Shown here piece after piece: positions 19,270-30,521 of a stretch of 64,000 nucleotides of DNA (position 1 is the stretch's first letter; each line of letters starts with the position of its first letter). The notes beneath the pieces were generated by a model that saw only the letters and a list, made by a program, of their open reading frames with translations, was not told the DNA's origin and made no database searches. The position numbers and the translations under genes were made by a program. The stretch comes from Dehalococcoidia bacterium (lineage in GTDB: Bacteria > Chloroflexota > Dehalococcoidia > Lucifugimonadales > UBA3495), in contig CBDEUH010000004.1 of NCBI GenBank assembly GCA_965243255.1, positions 693,981 to 757,980 on the forward strand. Reading direction: 5' to 3'.

Positions 19270-20166
19270 TCACGCCGGCAACAGTCCGGATACAAACAAT
19301 TCGTCCGGAAGCCGGCCGACGGCGTCAACAATGTCGTCCGTGTTCCCCGGAGGTTCCGCCAACGTTTTTGCAACCTTGTCGTTCAGAAACCCGTGCATTT
19401 CAGTCAAAGGTCGGTTGTTCCTGATTTGAATGAAGCCGACTTGATTGTTTTCGGCGGTTTGCCGAGCGTTGGAACGGGGTCCAATTTGGTCAAATATAAC
19501 CATTCCACCAGTTCCCACCCGGGTGATTTTGTCCTCAATGACTTCCTGATTGCCCCGTTCAATCAACCCCATCTCCACCCTGATACGCCCACGCCGGCTG
19601 GCGATTTCCACGTCGATTTCCCGAGGCACCTCTGCATCCCGCTGCATATTCAGCCAAAAATCCGTTCCTTCTTCCAAACCCAAAATGGTCAATCCAGCGC
19701 GCAGGAACGCCCTTTCCAGCGTTTTGCCGGCCGTTGACTTCCGCGAGCCACGTATGGTCAACGTAGCCGCCCCCGCCCAAAGCATCAGCATCCCGTCATC
19801 AAACGAACCGTCAGGTGAACCGTCGCTGACCTCCCTAACGTGCCGAGCTACTTCCTCCAGGTAATCTAGCTGTCCATCCCGGCGGATGCCCAGATTCTGC
19901 GCGGTTTTATTGGTAAGACCTAGCAGCCACCACGCCAGATCGTTCTCAGCTGCGTCCAACTCGGCCTCTATCGCGGTCATCCATTCCGTATGGCCGGCAT
20001 CCGCCGGCAACCGTTGCCGAACCGCCGTCAACTGCTGGTAGGCATCCAGCAACTGGTTCCGCGTCTGGCCCTCGGTGTACAGTCGGTAGTTGTAGCCTTG
20101 AAACAGCGCCGCCACTATCTGCCGCACTCCATCAGCGGAGTTCAGGTCATACAGGTTCGGCGTCAT
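19270..20166 (-). CDS. putative type II restriction endonuclease, CfrBI-like
   Basis: LGLTNK, TLTIRGSRKSTAGK.LE, E.D...EMG.I.RGN.EVI.DK; overlaps a methyltransferase. Confidence 0.7.
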   Translation of the reverse strand: MTPNLYDLNSADGVRQIVAALFQGYNYRLYTEGQTRNQLLDAYQQLTAVRQRLPADAGHTEWMTAIEAELDAAENDLAWWLLGLTNKTAQNLGIRRDGQLDYLEEVARHVREVSDGSPDGSFDDGMLMLWAGAATLTIRGSRKSTAGKTLERAFLRAGLTILGLEEGTDFWLNMQRDAEVPREIDVEIASRRGRIRVEMGLIERGNQEVIEDKITRVGTGGMVIFDQIGPRSNARQTAENNQVGFIQIRNNRPLTEMHGFLNDKVAKTLAEPPGNTDDIVDAVGRLPDELFVSGLLPA

Positions 20167-21313
20167 GTTCCGCGCTCCGGTAATACTGCAAATCGTCAAA
20201 GTCCACCGCAAAGTCAAAACCCGGCTGGCCCAGTTCCCTCCGTATCGTCTCGAAATAATCCGCCCGCTTTTCGATCACCAGGAATCGGCGCCCCATGGCG
20301 GCAGCCACCCGACCCACTGTGCCGGTGCCGGCGAATGGGTCAAGCACGCAGTCCCCTTCAAAGGAATAGTACCGGACGACCCGGCTGACCAGTTCATCCG
20401 GAAAAACGGCGGGATGAGCCCTGTGATTCGACGGGGTTATATCCCACACGTTTGTCTTGTCGTATTCGCCCAAAATCAGCGACCGTCCTACTGCCTCCGG
20501 GTCGGGATGATTATGCAGGTTCCAGTCAATCAGCCGGTCGGTTTTCTTACGATAAACCAACACGTACTCGGTTACGGTAACCGGCTTGTACTGCAACGGT
20601 TGCCGGTCGGCAGCAAAACGACGGCCCCGGCCCAGGTGCCAGCCCGCCCCTTCCGGCTTGCGCCAAATGATGTCGTCAATAAATTCAAACCCGATTCGGT
20701 CCAGTATGGGATGCAGGTCAAAGGGAATCGGCAACCTTTTGCTAGCCGTACTGCGCGAGGTCCGTCGCACCAGCACCGGTGATACGTTGACCACTAGAAA
20801 TCTCCCCTCGGCTAGTACGTCGTGGCAAGCGCCAAACGCCTCGCCCAAAAACTCCAGGTAGGATGGATAGTCAACGTACTCTGCACAGTCCGGCTTGGCG
20901 TTGTAATACGGTGGCGAGGTGAACACCAGCTGCGCGCTGTTAGCCGGAAACTCCGTCAAGACGGTGCGGCAGTCCCCCAATATCGCCTTATTGGGAATCG
21001 GCGGAAACGCAATCGGAGCTCTTTTTGCTAAGTAAAGGGGACGACGGTTATGTCGCAACTGGCGTAGCCGCTCGGACACCATGGTCGGAGCCGGAGCGCG
21101 GCAAATCTCGCCGTCGGCGTCAACTTGAACTTCTCCTACGGGATGGCTAGGCGCGGCATCGCACACCAGCGCCACCCGCCATAGGGCAAGCCGCCCGTCC
21201 CATTCCGGCAAGCCCAGAGATAAGCCGGCTCCTTCATTTGCCTGCATACATTCCTGTAGCCAACCTTGAGCCAGTCGGCGCACGTCGTCGGTCAACAATT
21301 TTTCGCCAATCAT
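20147..21313 (-). CDS. site-specific DNA methyltransferase (N4-cytosine, beta class)
   Basis: FTSPPY motif IV before HPAVFP and VLDPFAGTGT motif I; start uncertain (ORF opens at 21484). Confidence 0.9.
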   Translation of the reverse strand: MIGEKLLTDDVRRLAQGWLQECMQANEGAGLSLGLPEWDGRLALWRVALVCDAAPSHPVGEVQVDADGEICRAPAPTMVSERLRQLRHNRRPLYLAKRAPIAFPPIPNKAILGDCRTVLTEFPANSAQLVFTSPPYYNAKPDCAEYVDYPSYLEFLGEAFGACHDVLAEGRFLVVNVSPVLVRRTSRSTASKRLPIPFDLHPILDRIGFEFIDDIIWRKPEGAGWHLGRGRRFAADRQPLQYKPVTVTEYVLVYRKKTDRLIDWNLHNHPDPEAVGRSLILGEYDKTNVWDITPSNHRAHPAVFPDELVSRVVRYYSFEGDCVLDPFAGTGTVGRVAAAMGRRFLVIEKRADYFETIRRELGQPGFDFAVDFDDLQYYRSAEHDAEPV

Positions 21314-21465
21314 GGCGCTATTGTCGCAGGTTGCCAGGAACTTCCGCAAGGGCCGGCTGTCACCAGTCCCTTGCGCTATATCCGCCTTTGCCCCTAGGTA
21401 TCGTAATCGCTCCTCGGCACCGCCAACGCCCAATCCCGGCCTGCCCATCAATGTCAAAACCACAC

Positions 21466-21495
21466 TTGACAAATGCCAGAACATCAGTTCATAAT
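21466..21495 (+). promoter_or_regulatory. sigma70 promoter with LexA-type SOS box
   Basis: TTGACA-N18-CATAAT with GAAC-ATCA-GTTC at 21479-21490 overlapping the -10. Confidence 0.8.
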
Positions 21496-21529
21496 GCCCC
21501 CATCACTAGTGAAACCATCGGTACCCCAC

Positions 21530-21860
21530 AGCCTGCAACGAGGTAAATCAAGAACCATCACGGTTCCGGTCGTCAACGGCCACAACCGTCAGCAAATCCT
21601 AACAACGCACGCCGGTGCGGTCACAGCTGCCATTGACGGATAACAGATCGCCGTCACAAACACTGGAAGTGACAACGGTGCGGCCACAGCTGCCATTGAC
21701 GGATAACAGATGACCGTCATAGACACCGGAAGTGGCAACGGCGCGATACCACTGCGGCCAGTGCGGCTAACTACATGCTCGTACGAAAACACCTATGTGG
21801 AAGTGCGTAACCAACCCCCGGCCGTGGGGCTGACAACGACCACCTTACCTCTCGCAGGCT
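21530..21860 (+). ncRNA. candidate structured RNA/leader, element A
   Basis: Nested inverted repeats AGCCTGC/GCAGGCT, GAGGTAA/TTACCTC, ACGGCC/GGCCGT, ACGCAC/GTGCGT; motifs shared with 50162-50428. Confidence 0.55.
21613..21738. repeat. 63-bp tandem duplication (2 copies), each with a TGACGG/CCGTCA hairpin
   Basis: Units start at 21613 and 21676, partial third at 21739. Confidence 0.85.
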
Positions 21861-21908
21861 ACCCCCAAAATCCCGAAAACCCAATCCAACCTAAAGGAGC
21901 CAACCACG

Positions 21909-21983
21909 ATGACAACGAAACTAACGAACCCGATGGCTGCCAACCCAATCCCGCCAATTCCCAAATCCCGCAATCCCTGCTAA
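21909..21983 (+). CDS. 24-aa small ORF or gene remnant (MTTKLTNPMAANPIPPIPKSRNPC)
   Basis: AAGGAGCC RBS at 21894-21901; same position as cargo ORF of element B. Confidence 0.35.
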   Translation: MTTKLTNPMAANPIPPIPKSRNPC

Positions 21984-22163
21984 GGCGCCACCCCCCGTAG
22001 GGATGCACCCCCTGGGCTACCAACCGGCCACGTTCCGGTGTATAATCGGCAAGGTTTGCATCCTTCCGATGCTGCCTATCCAGCCTTGATATCCGGGCCC
22101 GTGTCCAACCATCCTTGGCAACCCGTCGCGGCCCGTGGCGCTGACCTTGCTGAGGAGGAAATC

Positions 22164-24392
22164 ATGCCGGAATCCGCCAAAATCATCTACACCGAAACTG
22201 ACGAGGCGCCGTTCCTCGCCACCCACTCGCTGCTGCCCATGCTCCAGGCTTTCACCAGGGGTTCGGGTATCGAACTTGAAACCTGGGACATCTCCCTGTC
22301 CGGCCGCATCATCGCGAATTTCCCCGACAATCTGACCGATGAGCAGCGCATCCCCGACTACCTGCGAATGTGCGGCGAGTTGTGCCTGGAGCCGTCGGCC
22401 AACCTGATCAAGCTGCCCAACATCAGCGCGTCTATTCCCCAGCTGAAGGGCGCTATCGCCGAGTTGCAGGCCAAGGGCTATGACATCCCCGACTACCCCG
22501 ACCAGCCAGCCAACGACGCCGAACGCGAAACCCAGGCGCGCTACTCCCGCGTCCTCGGCAGCGCCGTCAACCCGGTTATCCGCGAGGGCAACTCCGACCG
22601 CCGCTCTTCGAACGCGGTCAAGGAGCACGGCCAGCGCAACCCCCACCGGATGATGCAGGACTGGCCTGACATTTCCAAAACCCGCGTCGGCCACATGACC
22701 GACGGCGATTTTTTCAGCAGCGAGGTAGCCGTTACCACTACCGAAGCCGGCTCCGCCGCCATCCAGTTTGTCGCCGGCGACGGCAGCGTTACCGATCTCA
22801 AGTCCGGCATCCCACTGCAGGCCGGCGAGATCATCGACTGCGCCGTGATGAACGTCGGCAAGTTGCGGCAGTTCTACGCCGACCAGATGGCCCAGGCCAA
22901 AGCCGACGACGTACTACTCGGCCTCCACGTCAAGACTACCATGATGCGCGTGTCCGACCCCATCATCTTCGGACACCTGGTGTCGGAATTTTTCAAGGAC
23001 GTGTTTGACAAGCACGCCGACGCCCTCGCCCAAGTGGCCGTTGACCCGGACAACGGCGTTGCCGAGATGCTCACCAAGATCCAGGGGCTGCCCGAGGCAC
23101 AGCGCGCCGAAATCGAGGCCGACATCCAGGCCGCCTACGACAGCCGCCCCGACTTGATGATGGTCAACTCCTACCGTGGCATCACCAGTCTCCACGTGCC
23201 CAGCGACACCATCATTGACGCCTCTATGCCCGTGGTCATCCGCGACGGAGGGCGAACCTGGGGCCCCGACAACGAGCTCCACGACACCATCGCCCTGATT
23301 CCCGACCGCTCCTACGCCACCATCTACCAGGCGGTGGTTGAAGACTGCCAGCAACATGGCGCCCTCGATCCGGCGACACTCGGCAGCGTCGCCAACGTGG
23401 GGCTGATGGCCCAGGCCGCCGAGGAGTACGGCTCCCACGACAAGACCTTTACGGCCCCCGGCAGCGGCGCCATCCGCGTCGTTGACGCCTCCGGCGCAAC
23501 CCTGATGCAGCAGAGCGTTGAGGAAGGCGACATTTTCCGAATGTGCCAGACCAAGGACATTCCGATTCAGGACTGGGTGCGCCTTGGCGTTTCCCGCGCC
23601 CGGCTCACCGGCCAGGCCGCCATCTTCTGGCTCGATGCCAACCGCGCCCACGACGCCGAGTTGATCAAGAAGGTGGAACAGTATCTGCCCGAGCACGACA
23701 CTACCGGGTTGGACATCAGCACCCTGCCCCCGGTCGAAGCCATGAAGGCGACTGTTGCCCGCAGCCGGGCAAGCCAGGACACTATCGCGGTAACCGGCAA
23801 CGTCCTGCGCGACTATCTCACCGACCTTTTCCCCATCCTGGAACTGGGCACCAGCGCCAAGATGCTGTCCGTTGTTCCCCTGCTCAACGGTGGCGGCATG
23901 TTCGAGACCGGCGCCGGCGGTTCGGCGCCCCGTCACGTGCAGCAGTTCGTTGAGGAGGGCCATCTCCGCTGGGATTCACTGGGTGAGTTCTGCGCCCTGG
24001 TTGCCTCCTTCGAGCACTTCGGCGAGGTGTACGACAACGACCAGGCCAGGCTGCTGGCGGAAACCCTGGACCAGGCCATCGGTGAACATCTGGAACACCA
24101 GCGCAACCCGTCCCGCCGCGTCAACGAACTGGACACCCGGGGCAGCCATTTTTACCTGGCGCTCTACTGGGCCCAGGCGCTGGCCAACCAGACCAAGGAC
24201 CCGGCGGTGCGGGCCCGTTTCACCGATGTGGCCCGGCAGATGTCCGAAAACGAGGATAAGATTGTTCAGGAGCTGAATGACGCCCAGGGGCAGGCCATGG
24301 ACATCGGCGGCTACTATCGCCCCGACGCCCAAATGTCCGCCAACGCCATGCGCCCCAGCGCCAGCCTGAACGCCATCATCGACGCACTTTAA
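22164..24392 (+). CDS. icd: monomeric NADP-dependent isocitrate dehydrogenase
   Basis: [55 protein letters not shown]; GAGGAGG RBS. Confidence 0.97.
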   Translation: MPESAKIIYTETDEAPFLATHSLLPMLQAFTRGSGIELETWDISLSGRIIANFPDNLTDEQRIPDYLRMCGELCLEPSANLIKLPNISASIPQLKGAIAELQAKGYDIPDYPDQPANDAERETQARYSRVLGSAVNPVIREGNSDRRSSNAVKEHGQRNPHRMMQDWPDISKTRVGHMTDGDFFSSEVAVTTTEAGSAAIQFVAGDGSVTDLKSGIPLQAGEIIDCAVMNVGKLRQFYADQMAQAKADDVLLGLHVKTTMMRVSDPIIFGHLVSEFFKDVFDKHADALAQVAVDPDNGVAEMLTKIQGLPEAQRAEIEADIQAAYDSRPDLMMVNSYRGITSLHVPSDTIIDASMPVVIRDGGRTWGPDNELHDTIALIPDRSYATIYQAVVEDCQQHGALDPATLGSVANVGLMAQAAEEYGSHDKTFTAPGSGAIRVVDASGATLMQQSVEEGDIFRMCQTKDIPIQDWVRLGVSRARLTGQAAIFWLDANRAHDAELIKKVEQYLPEHDTTGLDISTLPPVEAMKATVARSRASQDTIAVTGNVLRDYLTDLFPILELGTSAKMLSVVPLLNGGGMFETGAGGSAPRHVQQFVEEGHLRWDSLGEFCALVASFEHFGEVYDNDQARLLAETLDQAIGEHLEHQRNPSRRVNELDTRGSHFYLALYWAQALANQTKDPAVRARFTDVARQMSENEDKIVQELNDAQGQAMDIGGYYRPDAQMSANAMRPSASLNAIIDAL

Positions 24393-24415
24393 CAGAAAGG
24401 GAGACCTCCACCGCA

Positions 24416-25357
24416 ATGCGAAGCAAAGTCACCGTAGTCGGCGCCGGCAACGTCGGCGCCACCACCGCCCAGCGCATCCACCAGCTCGGCTATGCCGATG
24501 TCGTACTGGTGGACGTGGTTGAAGACCTGCCCCAGGGCAAGGGCCTGGATATGCTGGAATCCGGCCCCATCATCGGTTCAGACGGACAGATTACCGGCTC
24601 CAACGGCTACGAAGAAACTGCCGGCTCCGACGTTGTCGTCATCACCGCCGGCATCGCCCGCCGTCCCGGAATGAGCCGTGACGATTTGCTGCTCACCAAT
24701 ATGCGGATTACCTCGGCGGTAACCGAGGAAATCGTCAAACACTCGCCCGATTGCATCATACTGGCCGTTACCAACCCGCTGGACGCCATGGTTCAGAACG
24801 TGTTCCAGACCGCCGGATTCCCCCGCAATCGGGTCTTCGGCATGGCTGGCGTGCTGGACACTGCCCGCTACCGCACCTTCATCGCCCAGGAGTTGAATGT
24901 ATCCGTGGACGACGTGCAGGCCATGGTGCTGGGCGGTCACGGCGACGACATGGTGCCGCTGGTTCGCTATACCACCGTGGGCTGCATCCCGCTCACCGAA
25001 CTGCTTTCCCAGGACCGCATCGATTCCATCGTGCAGCGCACCCGCGACGGTGGCGGCGAAATCGTCGCCCTGCTCAAGCAGGGTTCCGCCTTCTACGCGC
25101 CGTCCGCCGCCATCACCGAGATGGTCGAAGCCATTCTGCTGGACAAGAAGCGCATCCTGCCCGGCTGCGCCTACCTGGAAGGCGAGTACGGCATCAACGG
25201 CCTCTGCGTCGGTGTGCCCGTCAAGATCGGCGCCAATGGCCTGGAGCAGATCATCGAAATCAGCCTGACCGATGACGAAATGTCTGCGCTCAAGAGCTCC
25301 GCCGCCTCCGTCCAGGAGCTGGTGGATGTCATGGCCGGAGCCAAGGCCGAAGCCTGA
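24416..25357 (+). CDS. mdh: malate dehydrogenase (LDH-like)
   Basis: [30 protein letters not shown]. Confidence 0.95.
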   Translation: MRSKVTVVGAGNVGATTAQRIHQLGYADVVLVDVVEDLPQGKGLDMLESGPIIGSDGQITGSNGYEETAGSDVVVITAGIARRPGMSRDDLLLTNMRITSAVTEEIVKHSPDCIILAVTNPLDAMVQNVFQTAGFPRNRVFGMAGVLDTARYRTFIAQELNVSVDDVQAMVLGGHGDDMVPLVRYTTVGCIPLTELLSQDRIDSIVQRTRDGGGEIVALLKQGSAFYAPSAAITEMVEAILLDKKRILPGCAYLEGEYGINGLCVGVPVKIGANGLEQIIEISLTDDEMSALKSSAASVQELVDVMAGAKAEA

Positions 25358-25384
25358 CGGATTCGACCACCGTTTTGCCAGCGA

Positions 25385-25406
25385 GGGCGGGTGAAAACCC
25401 GCCCTT
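25385..25406. terminator. hairpin/REP-like palindrome after mdh
   Basis: AGGGCGGGTGAAAACCCGCCCTT followed by GTTTT. Confidence 0.6.
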
Positions 25407-25462
25407 GTTTTGTGAGCCGGGGTGTATAATTATGAGAAATCCGTCCAACGGGAGGAGCCCGA

Positions 25463-26758
25463 ATGACTGAGCGCACTGAACTGGAACGTGAACTGCTGGC
25501 GAAAGCTGCTCAATACTTTCCGGGCAACTCCACCGGCAACACCAACTATCCCGAAGAACTGAACTTTCTGATTAGGGAAGGCAAGGCCGGCCGGGTCTGG
25601 GACGTTTCCGGCAACGAATACGTTGATTGGCTGATGGGCTCCGGCCCGATGATTCTTGGGCACGCGCACCCGGCCGTCACTGAAGCGGTACGGGATGCCG
25701 TGGGCCGCGGCTCAACCTTCTTCGCCAACAACGACCAGGCGGTGATGCTGGCCGAAGAACTGGTGCGCGCCGTCCCCTGCGCCGACAAGGTCCGCTTCAC
25801 CACCAGCGGCACCGACGCCTGCTTCCAGGCCATGCGCGTCGCCCGCGCCTATACCGGCAAGGAGAAAATCCTCAAGTTCGAGGGCGGCTATCACGGCACC
25901 AGCGATTACGCCATGATGTCCGTCTTCGCCTCCGCCAGCGTCGAGTTCCCCCAGGCCGAGGCCAACAGCGCCGGCATTCCCCGCGCCCTCAGCGACTTGA
26001 TGCTGGTTTCCCAGTTTAACGACCTGGACACCACCGCCGCCATCGTTGATGCTCATAAAGACGAGTTGGCCGCCGTCATCGTGGAGCCGCTGCAACGCAC
26101 CCTGGCGCCCAACCCCGGGTTCCTGGACGGCCTGCGCAAGATCACTGCCGACGCCGGCGTGCTGCTCATATTCGACGAGGTGGTAACCGCTTTCCGCCTG
26201 GCCTACGGCGGCGCCCAGGAATTCTACGGCGTAACTCCGGACTTGTGCTCCGTCGGCAAGATTATGGGCGGCGGATACCCCTTGGCGGCAGTGCTGGGCA
26301 ACGGGGATGTGATGTCCGTCTATGATCGCTCGGCGGTGTCATCCGACAGTTATGTTGACCAGATTGGCACTCTGAACGGCAGCCCTGTGGCCTGCGCCGC
26401 CGGCCTGGCCACCCTGGCGGAACTCCGCAAGGATGGAGTGTACGACCGTCTGCACGATGTGGGCGGCCGCATCCGCCGGGCCCTCGCCGACGCCTGCACC
26501 GAGGAGGGCTTTGCGATGCAGAGCGTCGGCGAGGATGCAATCTTCGACATCTACTTTGCGGAGCGACCGGTGCAGAACTTCCGGGACGGCCTGGCCGCTG
26601 ACCCCGCTCCCCTGGGCAAGCTCAACGCCGGCCTGCTGCAGCGAGGCATCATCAAGTCATGGCCGCAGAAGTTCTATCCTTCCGTCGTGCACTCTGACGC
26701 CGACGTAGAGCAGACCGTTGCCGCGATACGCGAGGTGGTTCCCACCCTGCGGGATTAG
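25463..26758 (+). CDS. class III aminotransferase (glutamate-1-semialdehyde aminomutase-like)
   Basis: GPMILGH, KFEGGYHG, IFDEVVT, GKIMGGGYP, GTLNG. Confidence 0.88.
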   Translation: MTERTELERELLAKAAQYFPGNSTGNTNYPEELNFLIREGKAGRVWDVSGNEYVDWLMGSGPMILGHAHPAVTEAVRDAVGRGSTFFANNDQAVMLAEELVRAVPCADKVRFTTSGTDACFQAMRVARAYTGKEKILKFEGGYHGTSDYAMMSVFASASVEFPQAEANSAGIPRALSDLMLVSQFNDLDTTAAIVDAHKDELAAVIVEPLQRTLAPNPGFLDGLRKITADAGVLLIFDEVVTAFRLAYGGAQEFYGVTPDLCSVGKIMGGGYPLAAVLGNGDVMSVYDRSAVSSDSYVDQIGTLNGSPVACAAGLATLAELRKDGVYDRLHDVGGRIRRALADACTEEGFAMQSVGEDAIFDIYFAERPVQNFRDGLAADPAPLGKLNAGLLQRGIIKSWPQKFYPSVVHSDADVEQTVAAIREVVPTLRD

Positions 26759-26781
26759 CGCCAGTGAGGCCACCAATAAGC

Positions 26782-26813
26782 AAAAAGGGGCGGGTCTGAA
26801 ACCCGCCCCCTTT
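26782..26813. terminator. bidirectional terminator/REP palindrome
   Basis: AAAAAGGGGCGGGTCTGAAACCCGCCCCCTTT between convergent genes. Confidence 0.7.
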
Positions 26814-26837
26814 CGTTGTAACCCGGTTGGGGTTGCG

Positions 26838-27716
26838 CTACCGTCCCCGCATCTTCACTTCCAGCGGGCCAGTGCTGATGATGTGCCGCTTCAGGCCGAG
26901 CTCGTTGGGCGACATGCCCATGGCCAGGCCAATCAGCTGCGGCATATGCAGGATGGGCAGGTCGATGGAACGCCGGGCCTGAGAAGCGGCCTTGGGCTGA
27001 AACCCGTCAAGGTTCAGGTGGCAGAGCGGACACGGGGTAACCATGGCGTCGGCGCCCAGGTCTTTCACTTCAGACGTGTGCTTGCCCACCATGGCCATGG
27101 AGTTTCGCTGGTTGATGGTCAGTATCGGGAAGCCGCAGCACCGGGTCTTGCCCTCAAAGTCCACCAGGGTCGCGCCCAGCAACTGGATCAGCATTTCCAG
27201 GGACTGCTGCCGTTCCGGATGGTCCTCAATGTCCAGCGCTTCGGTAGGCCGCACGATGTAACAGCCGTAGAACGGCGCGATTTTCAGCTCGCTCAGCGGA
27301 CGGGTGATCAGCGCGCCCAGGCGGTCCAGGCCGTAGTCCTCGATCAAAATCCACAGCAGGTGTTTCGGCTCGCTGTTGCCGCTGTACTCCAGCCCTTCCT
27401 CGGCCAGGTGCGAGTTGATTTCGGCCAGGTACTCCGGATTGCGCATCCGGTGGTTGGCCTGGGACATCACGCCCTGACAGGTACTGCATATCGTCAGAAT
27501 GGGCAGGCCCATCTGCTCCGCCTTGGCGAAGTTGCGCGCGTTCAGGGTGTCGCCGAACAGTTGGTTCTTCTCCTGGATGACGCCGGCCCCGGTGCACGTC
27601 CAGCCGGGAATCTCCTCCAGTTCGATGCCCATGCGGTCGCAGACCATCCGGGCAGCCGGGTAAAGTTCGGGCGCGCCGCCTTGGGAAACGCAGCCCGGGA
27701 AAAAGGCGTACTTCAC
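26838..27716 (-). CDS. HdrB-like CCG-domain subunit (type E SDH anchor)
   Basis: [31 protein letters not shown]; follows sdhB. Confidence 0.88.
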   Translation of the reverse strand: MKYAFFPGCVSQGGAPELYPAARMVCDRMGIELEEIPGWTCTGAGVIQEKNQLFGDTLNARNFAKAEQMGLPILTICSTCQGVMSQANHRMRNPEYLAEINSHLAEEGLEYSGNSEPKHLLWILIEDYGLDRLGALITRPLSELKIAPFYGCYIVRPTEALDIEDHPERQQSLEMLIQLLGATLVDFEGKTRCCGFPILTINQRNSMAMVGKHTSEVKDLGADAMVTPCPLCHLNLDGFQPKAASQARRSIDLPILHMPQLIGLAMGMSPNELGLKRHIISTGPLEVKMRGR

Positions 27717-27742
27717 TGGTTGATTCCTCCTCTTGAATCGCC

Positions 27743-28747
27743 CTAGCCGAACGGCGAGTTGTTGCTGACCTGCGGGCTGGCCGGTTCCGGTTGTGTGCGG
27801 CTGAATATCCGGCGCACCGCTTCCACGTTCTCCACGTTCTGGTGCATGATGGGCGGCATCTTGCCCCGGCGCATGGCCCGGAAGGCTACGGGCATATAGT
27901 CCATCAGCGCCGGCAGATTCATCATCCCCACCGACTTGATGGGCAGCCGCAGCTCGTCCAGCCGGCCGCTGTGTCCCACGGACTCGGTGAAGGCGTCGGT
28001 ATGGCGGGCGCCGTTGTTGTTGTCATAGCCGGCTTCGATGGCTTGCTCCCGCATGGCCATGATGCGGTCCATCGGCGCCACGCCCTTGGGGCACGCCTGG
28101 ACACACTCATTGCAGCGGGTGCAGTCCCAGATCCCGGTAGGCTCACTCAGTCCCCACAGGCGTTCCATGGAAACGCCGTCGGCGTCGCCATCCCGAGGGT
28201 CTGCGGTGAAGCGGTACGCCTTGGCCAGCGCCGCCGGCCCCAGGAACGTCGGGTCAACTTCCAGCACGGTGCAGTCCGAAACGCAGGCGCCACACATGAT
28301 GCAGGCGGTAACGCTGGACAGGTGCAGCATGGCGTCGTTGGAGACGATGTACTCGCCTTCCGGTTCCTGCCCCATGTGCTTCAGGTAGGGGTCGACAGCT
28401 TCGATTTTCTCCCAGAACATATCGAAGTTGACCACCAGGTCCTTCACCACCGGCATGACGCCGGCCGGCTCCACGGTAATCACGCCGTCCTGCACCACCG
28501 TATTGGCGATGGTCTTGCACGCCAGCCCGGCGTGCCCATTGATGCGCATGGCGCACGAGCCGCAGATGGCGCTGCGGCAGGAGCATCGGAGCGACAGCGT
28601 GCCGTCGTCATCTTCACGAATCTGAATGAGCGCGTCCAGGACGGTGGCATTGTCCGCGATGGTAACGGGGTATTCCTGCCAGTAAGGCTGGCGGCGTTCG
28701 TCCTGCGCCTCCGGGTCCTGTCGCTTTACCCTGATGGTAACGTCCAT
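27743..28747 (-). CDS. sdhB: succinate dehydrogenase/fumarate reductase Fe-S subunit
   Basis: [33 protein letters not shown]. Confidence 0.93.
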   Translation of the reverse strand: MDVTIRVKRQDPEAQDERRQPYWQEYPVTIADNATVLDALIQIREDDDGTLSLRCSCRSAICGSCAMRINGHAGLACKTIANTVVQDGVITVEPAGVMPVVKDLVVNFDMFWEKIEAVDPYLKHMGQEPEGEYIVSNDAMLHLSSVTACIMCGACVSDCTVLEVDPTFLGPAALAKAYRFTADPRDGDADGVSMERLWGLSEPTGIWDCTRCNECVQACPKGVAPMDRIMAMREQAIEAGYDNNNGARHTDAFTESVGHSGRLDELRLPIKSVGMMNLPALMDYMPVAFRAMRRGKMPPIMHQNVENVEAVRRIFSRTQPEPASPQVSNNSPFG

Positions 28748-28750
28748 TTC

Positions 28751-30439
28751 CTAGTACTTCCTCTCTTCGGGTGTCCACTTGGTGATGGTCACGGGCAGTT
28801 CCGATATTTCGGGACCGCCTTCGCCTCTGGTGAGCACAATGTGGTGCAGCCATTCCTCGTCGTTGCGGCTGGGGTAGTCAACCCGGAACTGCGCGCCCCG
28901 GCTTTCCTTCCGCTCCAGCGCCCCCACCGCGATGGTGTCGGCGCAGTCCAGCATATAGCCCAACTCCAGCGCGAAGACCAAATCGGTGTTGAAGGTCTTG
29001 CCCTTGTTGTGGACGGGCACGTTTTCGTAGCGTCGGCGCAGCTGGTGCAGGTCTTCCAGAGTTTCCTGGATGCCCTCTTCGTTGCGGAACACGGCGACGT
29101 TCCGGTTCATGGAGTCGCCCATGTCCTTGCGGATGGTGGCCCAGCGGTCGCCGTTGTCGGGGCGGTCCAGCATTTCCTGGATGCGGCGATGCTCCCGAGC
29201 CAGGGTGGAGTTGACGTCAAAGTCAGCGTAACCCATGCCGCGCACCGCGTCGGCGCAGTGGTTGCCGGCCCGCTCGCCGAACACGATGGTATCCAGCAGC
29301 GAGTTGGCGCCCAGGCGGTTGCCGCCGTGCACGCTGACGTTGGCGCATTCCCCGGCGGCATATACTCCAGGCAGGTTGGTCAGGCCGTCAATGTCGGTCT
29401 TGATGCCGCCCATGATGTAGTGCATACCGGGCCGAATGGGGATCGGCTCCTTGATCATGTCCACACCGGCCAGGTCAATGCCGATCTCGCGGATTTGGAT
29501 CAGCTTCTCCATGATCAGGGCTTCGCCCAGGTGGGTGCAGTCCAGGTAAACGCAGCCGTCCACACCGTTGCCGGCGTTGATTTCCGTCTGTTCGGCGCGG
29601 GATACCACGTCGCGGGAGGCCAACTCCATCATGCTGGGAGCGTACTTCTCCATGAAGCGGTTGCCGTCCTTGTCCCGCAGGTAGGCGCCCTCGCCGCGGG
29701 CGGCTTCGGAAATCAGCACGCCGCTGCCGGCCAGCGTGGTGGGATGGTATTGCACCATCTCCATGTCCATCAGCTGTCCGCCGGCGTTGTACACCAGACC
29801 CATGCCGTCGCCGGTAACGATGAGGGCGTTGGTGCTGGGCTCAAAAAGCCGGCCGCAACCGCCGGTGGCCAGAATCACCGTCTTGGCACGGATGACGTGC
29901 AGGTCGCCGGTGCGAATCTCCATGGCGATAACGCCGGCGGCCCGTCCCTCTTCCATAATCAGCGAGGTTACGAACCATTCCTCGTAACGACGAACGCCGG
30001 ACTTGATGAGCTGCTCAAACATGACGTGGAGCAAAGCCTGGCCGGTGAAGTCGCCGACGAAGAAGGTGCGGGCGCGCCGCTGTCCGCCGAAGGCGCGGGT
30101 TCCCAGGCGGCCGTCATCGTCCCGGTTGAAGGTGACGCCCATGTGTTCCATGTCAATCAGGGATGCGCCGGCCTGGCGACACATCACTTCGATTGCGTCC
30201 TGGTCGCCCAGAAAGTCGCTGCCCTTGATGGTGTCGTAGGCATGGTCCTCCCAGTCGTCGCCACGGTCCAGCAGCGCGGCGTTGATTCCGCCCTGGGCCG
30301 CGTTCGAATGGCTCCGCACCGGGTGAACCTTGCTAATGATGGCGGTGTTGGCCCCGCCGTCGCGGGCGGCGATGGCGGCCCGCATACCGGCCAGACCGGC
30401 GCCGACGACTAGCACGTCGTGTTGCAAATCCTCTGGCAT
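28751..30439 (-). CDS. sdhA: succinate dehydrogenase/fumarate reductase flavoprotein
   Basis: [45 protein letters not shown]. Confidence 0.95.
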   Translation of the reverse strand: MPEDLQHDVLVVGAGLAGMRAAIAARDGGANTAIISKVHPVRSHSNAAQGGINAALLDRGDDWEDHAYDTIKGSDFLGDQDAIEVMCRQAGASLIDMEHMGVTFNRDDDGRLGTRAFGGQRRARTFFVGDFTGQALLHVMFEQLIKSGVRRYEEWFVTSLIMEEGRAAGVIAMEIRTGDLHVIRAKTVILATGGCGRLFEPSTNALIVTGDGMGLVYNAGGQLMDMEMVQYHPTTLAGSGVLISEAARGEGAYLRDKDGNRFMEKYAPSMMELASRDVVSRAEQTEINAGNGVDGCVYLDCTHLGEALIMEKLIQIREIGIDLAGVDMIKEPIPIRPGMHYIMGGIKTDIDGLTNLPGVYAAGECANVSVHGGNRLGANSLLDTIVFGERAGNHCADAVRGMGYADFDVNSTLAREHRRIQEMLDRPDNGDRWATIRKDMGDSMNRNVAVFRNEEGIQETLEDLHQLRRRYENVPVHNKGKTFNTDLVFALELGYMLDCADTIAVGALERKESRGAQFRVDYPSRNDEEWLHHIVLTRGEGGPEISELPVTITKWTPEERKY

Positions 30440-30521
30440 TTGTTACTTCCTCCGACCGGATTGCCGCAATCCGGCTAGTTGTGGCGCATCAGCGGCAAAG
30501 CGGCGCGCCGATTTCCGACGG

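Noticed and set aside
21314-21484. Extended N-terminus of the methyltransferase ORF
   Set aside because: Overlaps the divergent SOS promoter; a later start at 21313 following a -35/-10-like pair is more plausible
21613-21745. Possible CRISPR array
   Set aside because: Only two units, the would-be spacers are homologous to each other, and there are no cas genes; it is a tandem duplication
27791-30412. 873-aa plus-strand ORF and similar long antisense ORFs (e.g. 38024-40003, 31332-33023, 285-1484)
   Set aside because: Antisense shadows of well-supported high-GC genes, with no motifs
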